Assembly: GCA_018401675.1 (NCBI GenBank)
Contig: JAGYKM010000003.1
Location: 102,161 to 166,160 of the forward strand
Length of the DNA stretch: 64,000 nucleotides
Direction: 5' to 3'
From: Alphaproteobacteria bacterium
GTDB lineage: Bacteria; Pseudomonadota; Alphaproteobacteria; 16-39-46
Below are positions 1 through 12,289 of this stretch, in pieces. Position 1 is the first letter of the stretch. Each line of letters starts with the position of its first letter. The position numbers were made by a program, and so were the translations under genes. The notes under the pieces were generated by a model. It worked only from the letters and a program-made list of their open reading frames with translations, had not been told where the DNA came from and searched no databases.

Positions 1-603
1 AATTTTTTGCAAAGAAACATAAATAGGAATAATCATAAAAGGCAAATAACAATATATAATACCCATACTCACTGCAAAATTTGTACTCAGTAGCTGGAGA
101 GGTTCTTCTATAATGCCAAAATGAATTAATAAATTGTTCACCACCCCTTGGCGGCTCAATAACCCGATCCATGCATAAATACGTATCAAGAAAGAGGTCC
201 AAAAAGGCAATATAACCATCATCATCAACCAGGTTTGGGACCTCTTAGAGCACCGAGCAATCCCATAGGCCATAGGAAACCCTAGAATAAGACAACAAAT
301 AGTAGCAAATGCTAGCAATCCCAATAGAATTCAGATAGGCCAGAATATAGAGATCGTCCCAAAGCAGATATAAATAGTTTCAAAATGAATCTTGAATAAA
401 AGAGCATCTTCTCCAAAGCGTTCCACAATAGGTTTATAAGGAGGTATGCCTATACTCAATTCTGACAAAGAAATTTTAAAAATAAAGAGAAAGGGGATGA
501 AAAAGAAAAGAATCATCCACATATAAGGCAAAAGAATAATGACCGCCTTATGGTTAAAGTATTTTTGAATTAACTGAGAATAAAAACCGTGCAAACGTTT
601 CAT
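1..603 (-). CDS. potH: Putrescine/polyamine ABC transporter permease (runs off the window, frameshifted)
   Basis: ORF 331..603 continues after about two single-base indels (near 380 and 310) as ...LGFPMAYGIAR...VILPFWTSFLIRIYAW...YLPFMIIPIY, typical of PotH/PotB. Its start overlaps the potG stop. Confidence 0.85.
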
Positions 604-1757
604 GTGGTTAAAATAATCCCGTTTTCACTTTGCCAATATAAGTATACTTTATCGTCCCAAGTCACTGGTTGCTCCGTAAGCCTTACGAGATTAGGCATAG
701 TAGCCAGAATGCGCTTTCCATTGCGTAAATCCACATGATAAATAGATACATCCCCTAAGTATTCAATATCATGCACTATGCCTTGAGCCATATTTTCCGC
801 AAGATCCTCTTTTGCCAAAATAGGCGTCCTAGAAATTTTTATTTTTTCCGGCCTCACCCCTACAGTCACTTGAGCTCCTGGTGGCACTGTTGCTGAATGA
901 CTCACCCGTAATACATGACTCAGATCTTCACTTTGTACCAAAGTGGAGTCTGGTGTATCTTCCACCACAATCCCTTCAAATAAGTTTATGGAACCAATAA
1001 AATCAGCCACAAAGCGAGAGTTGGGAAATTCATATATCTCATGTGGGGTGCCTACTTGACGAATTTGACCTTCTTCCATAACCCCCAATCGAGTGGACAT
1101 GGTCATGGATTCTTCTTGATCATGACTGACCATAATAAAGGTAATACCCACCCGTTCTTGAATAGTTACAAGTTCTAATTGTGTTCTTTCTTTGAGCTTT
1201 TTATCCAACGACGCCAATGGCTCGTCCAACAAAAGAAGTTTTGGTTGTTTTACCAAACTGCGCGCCAAAGCCACTCTTTGACGCTGACCTCCGGATAGCT
1301 GATGGGGCATTCTTTTCTTGTACCCAGACATTTGCACCAGTTCTAGCCCATTTTCTAAGCGCTCTTTTATTTCTTTTCGGGATAATTTTTCTTGTTTAAG
1401 ACCAAAAGCCACATTCTGCTCAACAGTCATATGGGGGAATAAAGCATAGGATTGAAACATCATGTTGACTGGGCGTTCATAAGGAGGAATATGACTCATA
1501 TCCATGCCATCGATAAAGATTTTTCCACTTGTTGGCGCCTCGAAACCCGCCAACATACGTAAAAGGGTGGTTTTGCCGCACCCGGATCCTCCTAAAATAG
1601 AAAAAAATTCGCCTTGATAGATAGACAAGCTTAGATTGCTCATAGCCACAACCCCATCAAATTCCTTTGAAACGTTCTCAAGACGGATGTAGGGCTTCGC
1701 CTTAGGATCTTGCCAAGGCTCCATCTTTAGGTTTCTTTTGGGTGATTTTGATGCCAC
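600..1757 (-). CDS. potG: Putrescine ABC transporter ATP-binding subunit
   Basis: Walker A GGSGCGKTT, PPYERPVNMMFQSYALFPH, LSGGQRQR signature, LLLDEP and a TOBE-like C-terminus. Confidence 0.93.
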   Translation of the reverse strand: MASKSPKRNLKMEPWQDPKAKPYIRLENVSKEFDGVVAMSNLSLSIYQGEFFSILGGSGCGKTTLLRMLAGFEAPTSGKIFIDGMDMSHIPPYERPVNMMFQSYALFPHMTVEQNVAFGLKQEKLSRKEIKERLENGLELVQMSGYKKRMPHQLSGGQRQRVALARSLVKQPKLLLLDEPLASLDKKLKERTQLELVTIQERVGITFIMVSHDQEESMTMSTRLGVMEEGQIRQVGTPHEIYEFPNSRFVADFIGSINLFEGIVVEDTPDSTLVQSEDLSHVLRVSHSATVPPGAQVTVGVRPEKIKISRTPILAKEDLAENMAQGIVHDIEYLGDVSIYHVDLRNGKRILATMPNLVRLTEQPVTWDDKVYLYWQSENGIILTT

Positions 1758-1789
1758 TTTAACTCCTTCCAGGATAGGTTATTTCGTCG

Positions 1790-2944
1790 CTAAACACCTG
1801 TTTTAATCCGTATCCACATACGCGAACGCCACCTCTCAAAGTTCGGCGGCGCGCTTTGACTCACATATAGCCGCTTCATGACCGCAGCCGAGGGGTAAAT
1901 ATTAGGGTTATTTTTAACCGCATCATCTACATAAGGCAGAGAAGCTTTGTTTGGGTTCGCATAGTAAACATAATTGGTTATGCGCCCAATAATCTGCGGA
2001 CGCAAAATAAAATCAATAAATTTATAGGCGTTTTCCAAATGGGGCGCATCCTTGGGGATGGCCATAACCTCAAACCAAATCTCCGCCCCTTCCTTGGGTA
2101 TGGAGTACTTGATAGAGGTGTTTTTATTAAGTTCTTGCGCCCGCAAAGACGCCTGGAACACATCCCCAGACCATCCGAGCGCCAAGCAAGTCTCTCCCGT
2201 CGCGAGATCTTCGATAAGGCCACTGGACGTAAACTTACGAATCATAGGCCGCAAGATCTTTAGCGTCTCAATAGCCGTCTTTAGCTCTTCTTTTGTAGCT
2301 GTGCTGGGCTGCACACCTTGATACATTAACAATGCATTAAAAACGTCCAAGGCACTTGATTGAAAAGAAATACCCGACCCTTCAAAATGCTTTAAAACTT
2401 CCGGATCAAATAGAATCCTAAAGCTCTGGGCCAACGCGTCAATGTCCTCCCCTGGCCAAGCTTTTTCTAAGCACGTTTTATTATATGCAACCCCAATGGT
2501 TCCCCAAAAATAAGGGATGCCATAGGTATTCCCAGGATCAATTTCTTGAAGACGCCCTAGGATAGCACTATCCAGATTTTTATAGTTTGGCAATCTGCGG
2601 ACGTCTATTTCATGATAAATGCCAGCTTTGATTTGTCGTGCGAAAAAAGGATTGGCAGAGGGGAAAACCACATCATACCCTGCACTACCCAGAAGAAGCT
2701 TAGACTCTAGAACCTCATCACTATCATAAACGTCATAGTTAACAGTAATGCCGGTCTCTTCTTCAAAATCCTTGATAACTTGGGGGTCAATATTGTCCGC
2801 CCAATTATAAATATTCAACAAAGACTTCTCAGCTGGACTCTCCTGAAATCCCAGTCCTACCATCATAACCAAACATAAAATTGCCCACCGCAAAACTGCG
2901 CTAAGCGAGCTATTCAGTCTCTCCTTGACCTTCTTATATAGCAT
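1790..2944 (-). CDS. potF: Polyamine ABC transporter substrate-binding protein
   Basis: LNIYNWADNI, VNYDVYDSDE, PYFWGTIG, GWSGD and IPKEG motifs, with an N-terminal hydrophobic segment. First gene of the pot operon. Confidence 0.92.
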   Translation of the reverse strand: MLYKKVKERLNSSLSAVLRWAILCLVMMVGLGFQESPAEKSLLNIYNWADNIDPQVIKDFEEETGITVNYDVYDSDEVLESKLLLGSAGYDVVFPSANPFFARQIKAGIYHEIDVRRLPNYKNLDSAILGRLQEIDPGNTYGIPYFWGTIGVAYNKTCLEKAWPGEDIDALAQSFRILFDPEVLKHFEGSGISFQSSALDVFNALLMYQGVQPSTATKEELKTAIETLKILRPMIRKFTSSGLIEDLATGETCLALGWSGDVFQASLRAQELNKNTSIKYSIPKEGAEIWFEVMAIPKDAPHLENAYKFIDFILRPQIIGRITNYVYYANPNKASLPYVDDAVKNNPNIYPSAAVMKRLYVSQSAPPNFERWRSRMWIRIKTGV

Positions 2945-3420
2945 GAGAATTACCCCTATCTACCTTGGAACTTCTGCATCAAGGATATCCTAACTGCAGC
3001 AGATGAAAGTTTCTCAATGTCTTTTCTTACACATAAGTCCATCTAATTATGTCCATCGTTTCTTCTTTAATAAAGAGAATAAGCCGTCAGCCAGACTATA
3101 GCAATTTAGGGACTTTGTACAAGTAAATAAGCCCGTACCCGCCTCATAAACTAGAGGGGATGATTCACCATACGTTCCATATAAATCTGACAAGAAAAAT
3201 ACCATGGTCTTATTTATTTTAGCCCCACTCTGAGCGATCCCATCCCACTAAAAAAGGATGGGTTGTGTTATTGGCAATTTCAACTACAATTAGGGAAAAA
3301 GGATGATGCCTATGGTGAAGAGTCTCGTCAAAATAGAGCTTTGACAACGCCTTCCAAAACGCGCAACTTTCTTGCTAGGGTCTGTTCTTAGGGTTATCCT
3401 TTGGAAATAGAGATCACATC

Positions 3421-4416
3421 TTGCTCGCTCAACCAAGAGATCCCCATCTTATCCGCATTCTAGTCTTGGAAGGAGGGGGTATCTGTGGGATCTTGTCCGC
3501 CCGAATTTTGCAAGAAATTGAATCTAGAGCCCAACGTCCCATAAGCGAGCTCTTTGACGTCATCGTAGGCTCGTCAACGGGCTCTATCCAAGCCGCTCTC
3601 ACGACCCCTATTCCCCATACCAAGACGCCTGCCTATGCTGCAAAAGACATTCTGGATTTTTATTCTACTTATGCCAAAGAAGTTCTAACCCCTTCTTGGT
3701 GGCGCTGCATTATGACCTTAATGGCTTAATATCGCCTCTTCTCTAGTCATAAAAATGTTAACAAGATATTAACAAAAATCCTAGGTACTCACCTGGCTAG
3801 ATCAATCTCTCACGAAACTCATTATTCCAGCTTATGATTCCATACGTCTGATGTATATCTTTTCCAAAGTAACCAAAGTCCGCACAGTCCCACCCTCCTC
3901 AAAGATGTGGTTATGGCAAGCACCTCTATTCCCAATATATTTCCAGCCTTCCCATGGCTTTTCCAGGACGGAATCCATTACCTGACCGATCCCTTACTCA
4001 CGGCAAACGACCCTGTCACTATAGCTCTTATTTATACTGATATGATCTATCCCAAGACTCCCAAATTATTAGTGTCCTTCGGCTCTGGAATAATAGATGC
4101 ACAAAGTACTCTCAAGACCAATCCGTATCAAGGGTTGATCCAAGGTCCCTCCACTTGGATCAAGATGATTTTCCAAGGAAATGAAGATAAACTAAACGCG
4201 CTTATGGAAGAATTAAGAAAGCATAATGGCTTTGGCCTAGAGTTCTATTTTCGCTTCAACCCCCGATTGCCCCAAAGCGAATCAGATCATCTTAATGCGT
4301 CAGCCCAGAACATTTTCAATCTTACAGCTACGGCTGATGCGTATATTATAAAGCACTCACAAGAAATAGACCAAGTGGTTCATCTTCTTCTTACCACCCA
4401 TGGGGTTGCAACATAA
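3421..4416 (+). CDS. Patatin-like phospholipase (split into ORFs 3421..3729 and 3907..4416; the N-terminus probably starts near 3303)
   Basis: ILVLEGGGICG oxyanion region, FDVIVGSSTG (GxSxG), MASTSIPNIFP, LLVSFGSG and YFRFNP. Confidence 0.85.
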
Positions 4417-4442
4417 AATGTCCTTCCCCATTCTTTAAGAAG

Positions 4443-4472
4443 GCGTCTTCATAGGACTCCCTACAAAGACGC
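4443..4472. terminator. Hairpin between the convergent patatin and F-box genes
   Basis: GCGTCTT/AAGACGC outer stem with an inner TAGG/CCTA pairing. Confidence 0.45.
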
Positions 4473-4494
4473 TATCCTTAATTTCGCTTGCCAA

Positions 4495-5886
4495 TCAGTT
4501 AGTAAATTCGAGATCTAGCTTTATAGCCGATTTTCCTAACTTAGCCCTATGGGCCTCCATTGTTCGGAAGCTTGCTTGACCATAAGACCTCATAGGATTA
4601 GCAGCAAAGTTAACGGTTCTAAGAGCAGTATGCCATTCTAAACCCTCTGCCAAATAAACAGCATCCGGAGCTTCCAAGCCCGTTGATTCAAGAGTCAATT
4701 CCACAAGACGCGGGCAACCAGCAAGAAAAATCTTCAAAGCTTCTCCACTACCCGAGAGCGAATTTTCCTTCACACTCACTTTCTCCAATGGCGAGTTACC
4801 CAAATCCACCAACCATGCCTGAAATTGTGGAGATAGAATACCATTGTCTTCCAGAAATAGGGTTTTTAACGCTCTAAGGTTAGTTAATTCTACAGAAAGT
4901 GAAACACAAGATAGGTGCTCCAAAGTTTGGGGCATCTTCCTAAAATCTAATGGGGTATCACCAAAATTCCCCCATATAGTTAAAGAGAGAAGATTGGGAA
5001 ATATGCCTCCCCAACCGTCAAAGAAACCCGGTGCACCAGATCCTGGGCAATCTAGGGATTCAAGGGTCAAATGAGTAAGATTTGGATAAACTCTTTCTTT
5101 AAAGAGCCTGGCCATTTGAGGTGCCCCCTCTTGCATTGACAGTTCTTTAATAGAACACCCAGAGGAAGCTGAGAAATCAATAGGAGCCCCAGAATTCTTA
5201 AAGCATAACTTTTCAAGAGCGGGGAATTGGACACCTAGAAAACCCTGGGCAAGAGGATGAGATGCGTCAACATTTGATAGTATCAAGGTTTTTAGGCCCA
5301 ACAGTGGCCGAGGTGATCGTGATAAAATATCCCAAGCTCTATTGGAGGAAACCTCTAAATGCCTAACTCCTTGAATCTGGAACGTCCTATCGCCCGAAAA
5401 CCCAAGGTTACTTACCAAACTCGCTAAACTACGTATATCAAGAGATGGTGAAGCCCCTCCAAAGCGCCAAAAACCGGGACAAATATGAACCAAGGAAGCG
5501 TCTATAATCTGCTTCCACTTCCTTGATGTTTCTCTTGTTTTATAAACATCTTTAAGGTTTTGAACATTATTGTCTATCAAGAATTTGAAAATAGTTATAC
5601 TTATCTCTGAAGAAAGCTGAGATATAAAATCAATCTCAGAAGATACCGCTGGACTTACGCTTCTCTCCCAATCCCGCTCAGCGTCCCCCATATAAACACC
5701 ACTATCAGGAAACCCACGCATCCTTTTGTGCCGGGCGGAGTTTCCCGTACCATTTAGGCTCTCCGTAAACGCCTCTAAGGCCTGCCGTTTGGACTCAAGT
5801 CCACCCATGGCCCCACCGCTTAACTCACCCAAAATAAAACAAGCAGCAATACTCACCCCCATAAGGGTCCTGGACACTAAATTCAT
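4495..5886 (-). CDS. Signal-peptide protein with an F-box-like motif and leucine-rich repeats (eukaryote-like effector candidate)
   Basis: Hydrophobic N-terminus. Residues ~87-130 FISQLSSEISITIFKFL...RETSRKWKQII resemble an F-box. LRR units include LKTLFLEDNGI, LEKVSVKENSL, LVELTLESTGL and LRTVNFAANPM. Confidence 0.7.
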   Translation of the reverse strand: MNLVSRTLMGVSIAACFILGELSGGAMGGLESKRQALEAFTESLNGTGNSARHKRMRGFPDSGVYMGDAERDWERSVSPAVSSEIDFISQLSSEISITIFKFLIDNNVQNLKDVYKTRETSRKWKQIIDASLVHICPGFWRFGGASPSLDIRSLASLVSNLGFSGDRTFQIQGVRHLEVSSNRAWDILSRSPRPLLGLKTLILSNVDASHPLAQGFLGVQFPALEKLCFKNSGAPIDFSASSGCSIKELSMQEGAPQMARLFKERVYPNLTHLTLESLDCPGSGAPGFFDGWGGIFPNLLSLTIWGNFGDTPLDFRKMPQTLEHLSCVSLSVELTNLRALKTLFLEDNGILSPQFQAWLVDLGNSPLEKVSVKENSLSGSGEALKIFLAGCPRLVELTLESTGLEAPDAVYLAEGLEWHTALRTVNFAANPMRSYGQASFRTMEAHRAKLGKSAIKLDLEFTN

Positions 5887-6099
5887 CTTTTCACAATCTA
5901 AAATAGGTTAATAAATATTCTAAAAAATTAAATATACTCTATATGCTGAATATGCGGACAATATATACCGTCAGCTTGGAAATATTACAATCTTAGGTTC
6001 TTAATAAAGAAATGAATAAATAGAGAATGATATCTCGTATATTTTATAATATACTGTATAGAAACATATAAAAAATTATTTATTTTTTAAATAGTTAAT

Positions 6100-7277
6100 G
6101 TGTTTGTGACTTTAATTTTCACTATCTGTAGGTTTGTAATACCCAAAGCGGTTTTTAGAGAATTAATATCCCCTTTCTTCTTTGATCACTTCGGTAATAA
6201 TAGTCTCTTAAAGCAAGCATCTTTCCATGCTAAAATTAGCTTTAGCAAACATAAGCATGGATTCTGGGTTCCAGTCTTGCAAAGTAAACCTCAACAGCAT
6301 TTAATAGACCATAAGCTTGAGCCCGGCTATGAATGCCTCCACCGTATGCGTGAGACTCAGTGAGTTCTGATCCCGAAGGTTGAATGCTCATTTCAAGCAT
6401 ATCCCCCTTAGATTCGCCAGGACTTCTGGAGACCATTAATTGATCCAACTCTTTCGTGGACATTCCCATCTTGATCGTCTCTCTGTCCGAGTCCTTCATC
6501 CATGTCTTGCCCATGCGTTCTCCTGTTCCGCTCCTATTTTTTCTATAGCTTGCTCTAAATCGGTAAACTGTCTTCTCACCCTTGCCAAGGGGGCCAGTAG
6601 TCCCTTTAGATGCCCTATGATAAGCGCTTCCACACCAGAAACCAGATTCTTACACTGACTTAGCTCAGCCCCTAGGCTTTGGTAAAAGCTCCATGGAGTT
6701 CTGCCCATAGCCAAAAAGACTGCCCTGTGCCTCTTGTCCCTCTTCCGGTGCCGGAGTTCGAGAGACGGTGCTGGCGACTCCTTTCCAGTCCCAAAGGTAA
6801 ATTCCTGGGAGTCTGCTGTAGATTTACGGGTTATAGGGATTGAATTTAGATTAAGCGAGAATTTCTCATTCAGCCACATAAAAGGAGAGAGTCGAGCCGC
6901 GGGATCTGTTTTTAATAACGAAGGATACGCCGAAGCCCAAAACGTTTCCAAAAGGCCACCCATGGTTTCAAGACCTCTTTTTAATCCTTGCAGACCATAA
7001 AGCTCGTACCATGCCTCTATAAGCCAGGCCATTACTTGCAGATCTTTCCCCTTGGACTCCAAAGCCATGAGGCAATTTGACGTTCTACCTCTTTAAAATC
7101 TGATTTTAAGCCTTCCTCGTTGCCACGCCTTGGGGTAACTGGGGATCATCGGCGCGCCTTGCTTCTAATAGACTCATAGATACCCGAATAGCGTAAATCT
7201 ACACCGCTTCCTTTTTCCAGAAATGGGCCTGAGCAACGGATCGGAATCGGTGGTTATTTTTGTTTTTCAGAACTCAT
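6100..7277 (-). CDS. tssA: T6SS TssA (ImpA family), multiply frameshifted; 3' end approximate
   Basis: ATG at 7277 overlaps the tssM stop. Fragments read LLRPIS..GVDLRYSGIYESI..ADDP, KGKDLQVMAWLIEAWYELYGLQGL..FW (ImpA_N) and a C-terminal SRAQAYGLLNAVEVYFARLEP. Confidence 0.85.
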
Positions 7278-10200
7278 CTCCGCTTCCTTTCTTCACCCTC
7301 AACTCGTTTTGCAGTTTGAGGCAATAAAGGCGCTGCTTCGGGAAAGAAAGGCATAAGTACTGCCGTCTCTCCCCCTCTTTTGATGGCGTCTCTAGGGGTG
7401 AATCGAATGTAAGCTGGGCCATCTCTGTGTTATTTATCCGGCGTCATACGACTTGTGGTGGGTATTTCAAAAAAGAGAGTCTGGGGTTGGGGATCCACTC
7501 GCGCCTTGAAATCAGTAAGCTTAGCATTATGCTTCATCATAAGCTTCAATAAAGCCCAAGGCTCATTATAGGCGTAACTCGCTAAAAAGCCATTGATCAT
7601 AAGGTCTGGTTGCTTGACATCTGCAGCAGGCATATTCGGCCCATCAGCAGCCCATCGGAACGCCACATTAACCGGGGTCCCATATTGCCACACCCCTTTT
7701 AAATTGGATGAGTATAAATCGAAGGTCTCTCTACCCATAGTACAGATCCAATCTATCAACTCATTAGCCCCTCGTTCACTGCCTCTATTGACCCTAAACT
7801 CTATAGAAAAATCAAAAGTAGGCAAACTCTGGGGTGATTTATTAAGTAAGAATCCAGCAAAGAACAGCCGAACATCTTCCAATGCCAACATAAATTCGAG
7901 GGCATCACTGACATCCACCCCTTGAACCATGAGTTGTTTTAAATGGGCTCTGGCTCCTTCTGAAGTAGCGTCATAAATTTCAAAAAAGGCCCTTATGTCC
8001 TGAGGATCTGCTGATCCAACTTCCAACTCTGGATGAGCCCCCACGAAAGGAAACCGATGAGATAACTTCCGATTAAACCAAACTTGCAAACCATCATAAT
8101 GATTAAGAGCTTGTTTTCCAGTTAATTGCTCACACCGCCCTAATAACCCAGCGCCTGTAGCTGACTTAATCGAGTAAGAAAGAAACTTCCGATCCTTGGT
8201 CAAATTTTTTCAGGAGATAATTTTTTCTGTACAGTTTTCCAAAGCTTACGTCATTCATCTCTACTTGAATAAACAAATCTGTATGCCGTTGTGAGGTTTT
8301 TTCCTTAAATAGGCGCTTACCTTAATTAATAGCTGCTAATGAGTGATAAGTCCTGTGTTTTCCGGGCTGAAGTTTAAATTTGGTGAAGCTAAGTGAAATT
8401 AAGTAACGGTAAAACTTTGTTGAACTAGGTAAATAATGCGTTCGCGTTCTAAGTTGAGAAAGGTAGCTAATGAGGCTTTATCACTAACACCAAAGGCAAC
8501 ATAGGCAGCATCTTTCCTGCCATTCCAATCTTCAAACATGAAACTGTTTGGCTCGTAAAAACCTTCTGACTCAAAAAATGCGCTAACTTCAGCTAAGACT
8601 TCAGTGACCTGCCTGCCCAGCAAATTTCTCAAAGCCACCTTGCTTCCGGTCAGCACCGTAGAATCTAGTAAATTTAAGAGGGTTAGGAATGTAGGCAAAA
8701 CACCCGTGAGATTCTCTAACTGATTTCTCACATCTGCCTCGTAAGAATACTCCGCCATGAACGACGTTTCCGCTATAAAATGTTTGAGCCCTCTGATACG
8801 AAAGCATCCACATTATCACCTGTCGCAATTCTTGCTATCTCCAGAAAAATTTCCTGAATGCTTTGAGGATAACTGGGTAATTCTTCTTTGCGAAACACTC
8901 AACTGACTTACCGTTTCTATGGCTTTCTCTAAGATAGGTTTACTCCAATACAATCTTGTTCCCACAGGAACCTCACCTAGTAGATCTCCGCCTTGTCGAT
9001 TCTTCAGAAATTTTAGATTCACAAATTCACTCAAGGCTTTTTGCATAGACAGTAAGCCCATGGAGGGGGCGGCCACAACTTGCCATCTTCTTGAGCAAAA
9101 AGTGGGCTCCGTGGTGTCTGAAGTTAGGATTCTTCAACCTCTCTTCTTTAAATCCCCTGCTAGGCTTGAGCAGCTTTATAAGATAATTCATTAGCCACTA
9201 CAGGTCCAAAAGAGGAAAAGAATAGATATTCCCCATAAGAGTGGTATAGCCGTCCCCGGGATAGAAATAAGCATTATTTAGCCATGCCAACCCAGAGGAA
9301 GAAAGAATCGTCACGTCCTTATTAATACGTTCTAATAAATTATCTACATCCACACGAATGGGCAAAGACCCTTTTCGCGTTTCACCTAGGCTTGTTAATT
9401 CGGAAGAAAGACCAACCAACTCACTATACCCACCAGTATTTCCGGTGGTAGCCGCTAAGAATTCCATGAATAAATCGTTTAATCTGTGCTGGGCGCGCAT
9501 GGAATAGATTTCTATATGGATGGGATTTTCCTCAATGTAATCAAATCCTCTCTCATAGATCCCCTTAAGATCGCCCATATCTTTGATAAAATGTATCTGG
9601 AAAAGAAAAGTAATTATCTCTTCTAAGTCCTTAAGGCTTTTCGACTGTCCAAGATTTTTGTATTTATCAATAAAAGTGAGAAGCTCTTCAAGGGCAATAA
9701 CGTAGCCATTCAAAATTAGGAATTCCGTGGTCTCTAGAGGATTTAGCAAACTCAACTCTTTAATATTACTTTCTACATAGGGCAAAGGATCTTCAATCAC
9801 GCTCATGAATCTGTAGATAAGCTCATTGCGAATAGCCGTCAGAATAATTGAATTTAAGGTAACGCTTAAGGCCTTCTCAAGCTTAAGTTCTATAGGATGG
9901 GTCCATGAAGGCGGAAACGCGAAGGAGGAAAAATTTCGATTTTTTAGAATCGCGAGACTCGAAATAACAGCCTTTGTTTCACTATCGTAAAATAATCTAT
10001 CAAATTGATCCGCAACCCCAAGTTTATTTTTAGGTGCATTCTCCAAACTCTTTTTTATTCTCTCCAAAGTAGGTATCAGAAATTGAAATTCATCTTTTAT
10101 TCTCATGTAGTCGTGAGCAAAAATAAAAATAAAGGCGATAGTCCACCCCACAATTATAAACCGCACCACGTTAATTGCCCGGCTTGCGGCTATAATTCTC

Positions 10201-11461
10201 CGTCTGCCTGGCATGGCTAGAACATACTCGGGGAAAACTTTATCGCCGACTAATTGGGAGGAGAAAATAATTTGTCTAGGGTTATCCATCCCATAACTCG
10301 ATATGGGTTGGGTGGGCTGACAAGTAGCATACACATTCTCATTCTCTTGAGGTTGCCACGAAATATCTCCTGTAAAGTACATTCCGCGGAAAAAGTAAGC
10401 ATCTCGATATCCGCTTTCTTGGAATATTCCCATGAGATACATGGATATTTTTTCTTTGAGCTTAGCAAAATTTTCTGGAAAAAGAACCACACCTGGTCGA
10501 TTTTTCTCATCTACCTCCTTGGAGAATATTTCTATTTGAGCTTCGCGCAAGGCATCCCGCATAGTATCAAAAGCTTGCTCAATCCATCCTACTTGGAGCA
10601 CCGTCCCAGAAGCAGAAGAGGGAGCCCACCCAAAGATCTCTTTCTGAATCTCTTGGGTTAAGGACCGAGAAAATTCTTTGAAGCCACTCACCATATCGCA
10701 TTTGGTAAACACCACATAAACGGGCACACGCATACCTAAATATTTTTCTATGTTGGTTAAATTCTGGCTGATATAATTGGCGCGCTGGTTGAGCATTTCT
10801 ACATCGATTTTTTCCGGACCTACGAACTCACTCAGCGGAATGGTAAGAATCACCCCATCAAGAGGACGACGCACCCGAAAATGTGCCAATAAACTTAAGA
10901 ACCTTGCCACTTACTTTTGAGAGATACCGGGCGGTGGCGCTTAAAAAATAGTCACCCTCTACATCAAGGACAAGACCATTTTCAAAATGACCAGAAGACA
11001 CCTGGATTTTCACCTACTTTGGCAGCCATAGGGTCTCCAATGGGACGGGGTAACCTGAGTTCTTCGACTAAGGTGGTCTTGCCTGATGCTTGCGCTCCCA
11101 CAATTACGAACCAAGGCAATCGATACAAAAAGTCCATATTGCCGAATTCTTCTCGCAAGATATTTAAAGCCTTCACAAAGGACCGTATCATTTGATCCAG
11201 CGGCCAATACCCCAAAAGAGAAAGATACTCCCAGATCTTTACACTCCCTCGAAGAAGTTCGTTTTCGTCCTTTTCATGCTGCAGCTCTGCGCCTTTCAAG
11301 GCAGAGGCATTGGACCCAGAAGGTACCAAGGAGAGGTAAATATAATACGCAACTGAGAAAATACCCACGAAAGATACTATCAAGAGAATCCATGTCACGT
11401 AGGGAAGCCAAGATCCTAGAAGAAGTTCCAACGGATTATGGATAAAGGAATGCTTACTCAC
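7274..11461 (-). CDS. tssM: T6SS membrane subunit TssM/IcmF, split into at least five ORFs
   Basis: TM helix, LPWFVIVGAQASGKTT (Walker A), RRPLDGVILTI, PVYVVFTKCDMVSGF, FFRGMYFTG and a C-terminal EPWALLKL. It lies directly after tssL. Confidence 0.88.
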
Positions 11462-12244
11462 TTTGTGATACCTCCCCTCCCCGATCCATAATAGATTCGA
11501 GCAGATTGGAGAAGTCCCATGATAGAATATACCACCCTATACACCCCACCACCGCTAAGCCCACTAGAAGAGCCACTAAAGCCACATACCATTGCCTCGG
11601 GTTGGGTAACTTAAGAATTTTACCTTGGTCATCGGTATAGGCGTAGGCTTCAGGAAAGAGCTTTCTTTTCCCTGGAGCAGCTGAGGCTTGCGCCTTAAGA
11701 TAAAGAGGAAGAGTTGTTCCTTATAAGCCTTAATGGCGCCATGATCTTCTATGCCTCGATATTTTCCTCTAAACCCTAAAGAAAGAGCAAAGTAATAGAG
11801 GGCGCCAATATCTATTTTCAAAGGATCTCTCGTGGCTAAAAATTCATCCAGATCTGCAAAAAATTTAGTTCCTGCAATTTGCGTCCCAAATACTTGCATC
11901 TCAATAAGAGTTGTATCCCATACCGACTGCCCCTCCCACGAAAAATTAAGAAATATCTCATCTCCCAAAGCCGCCATAATATATTGTGCTTGTCTGAAAT
12001 AAAGAGCCGAGAATTCACCACCTTCACGCAAAACCACCAGAGCTTGCTCTTCCAGCAAAGCCGATAGCTGCCCTGATATATAGCGCGCCAGTCGTTCTAC
12101 TTTTCCTTCAGTTCCCACATTCTCATCTTCTGATTCACTAGGCAAAGCATCAGCCAGCGCTCTTTCCTTTTCAAACATTATCTGTGAAAAGAAGCTAAAA
12201 AAGTTCTGAAGGGTAAAAGAAGTGTCTAATGTTGTTGGAAGCAT
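11454..12244 (-). CDS. tssL: T6SS TssL/DotU, short form (frameshift near 11665)
   Basis: AQYIMAALGDEIFL, FGTQIAGTKFF and LSLGFRGKY. The alternative frame gives the TM tail RQWYVALVALLVGLAVVGCIGWYIL and stops at 11454, with no OmpA domain. Confidence 0.9.
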
Positions 12245-12289
12245 TTTCTCTCATTTTTGTTGCAAGCTTATTTTTGAGTAACTTTCCAT

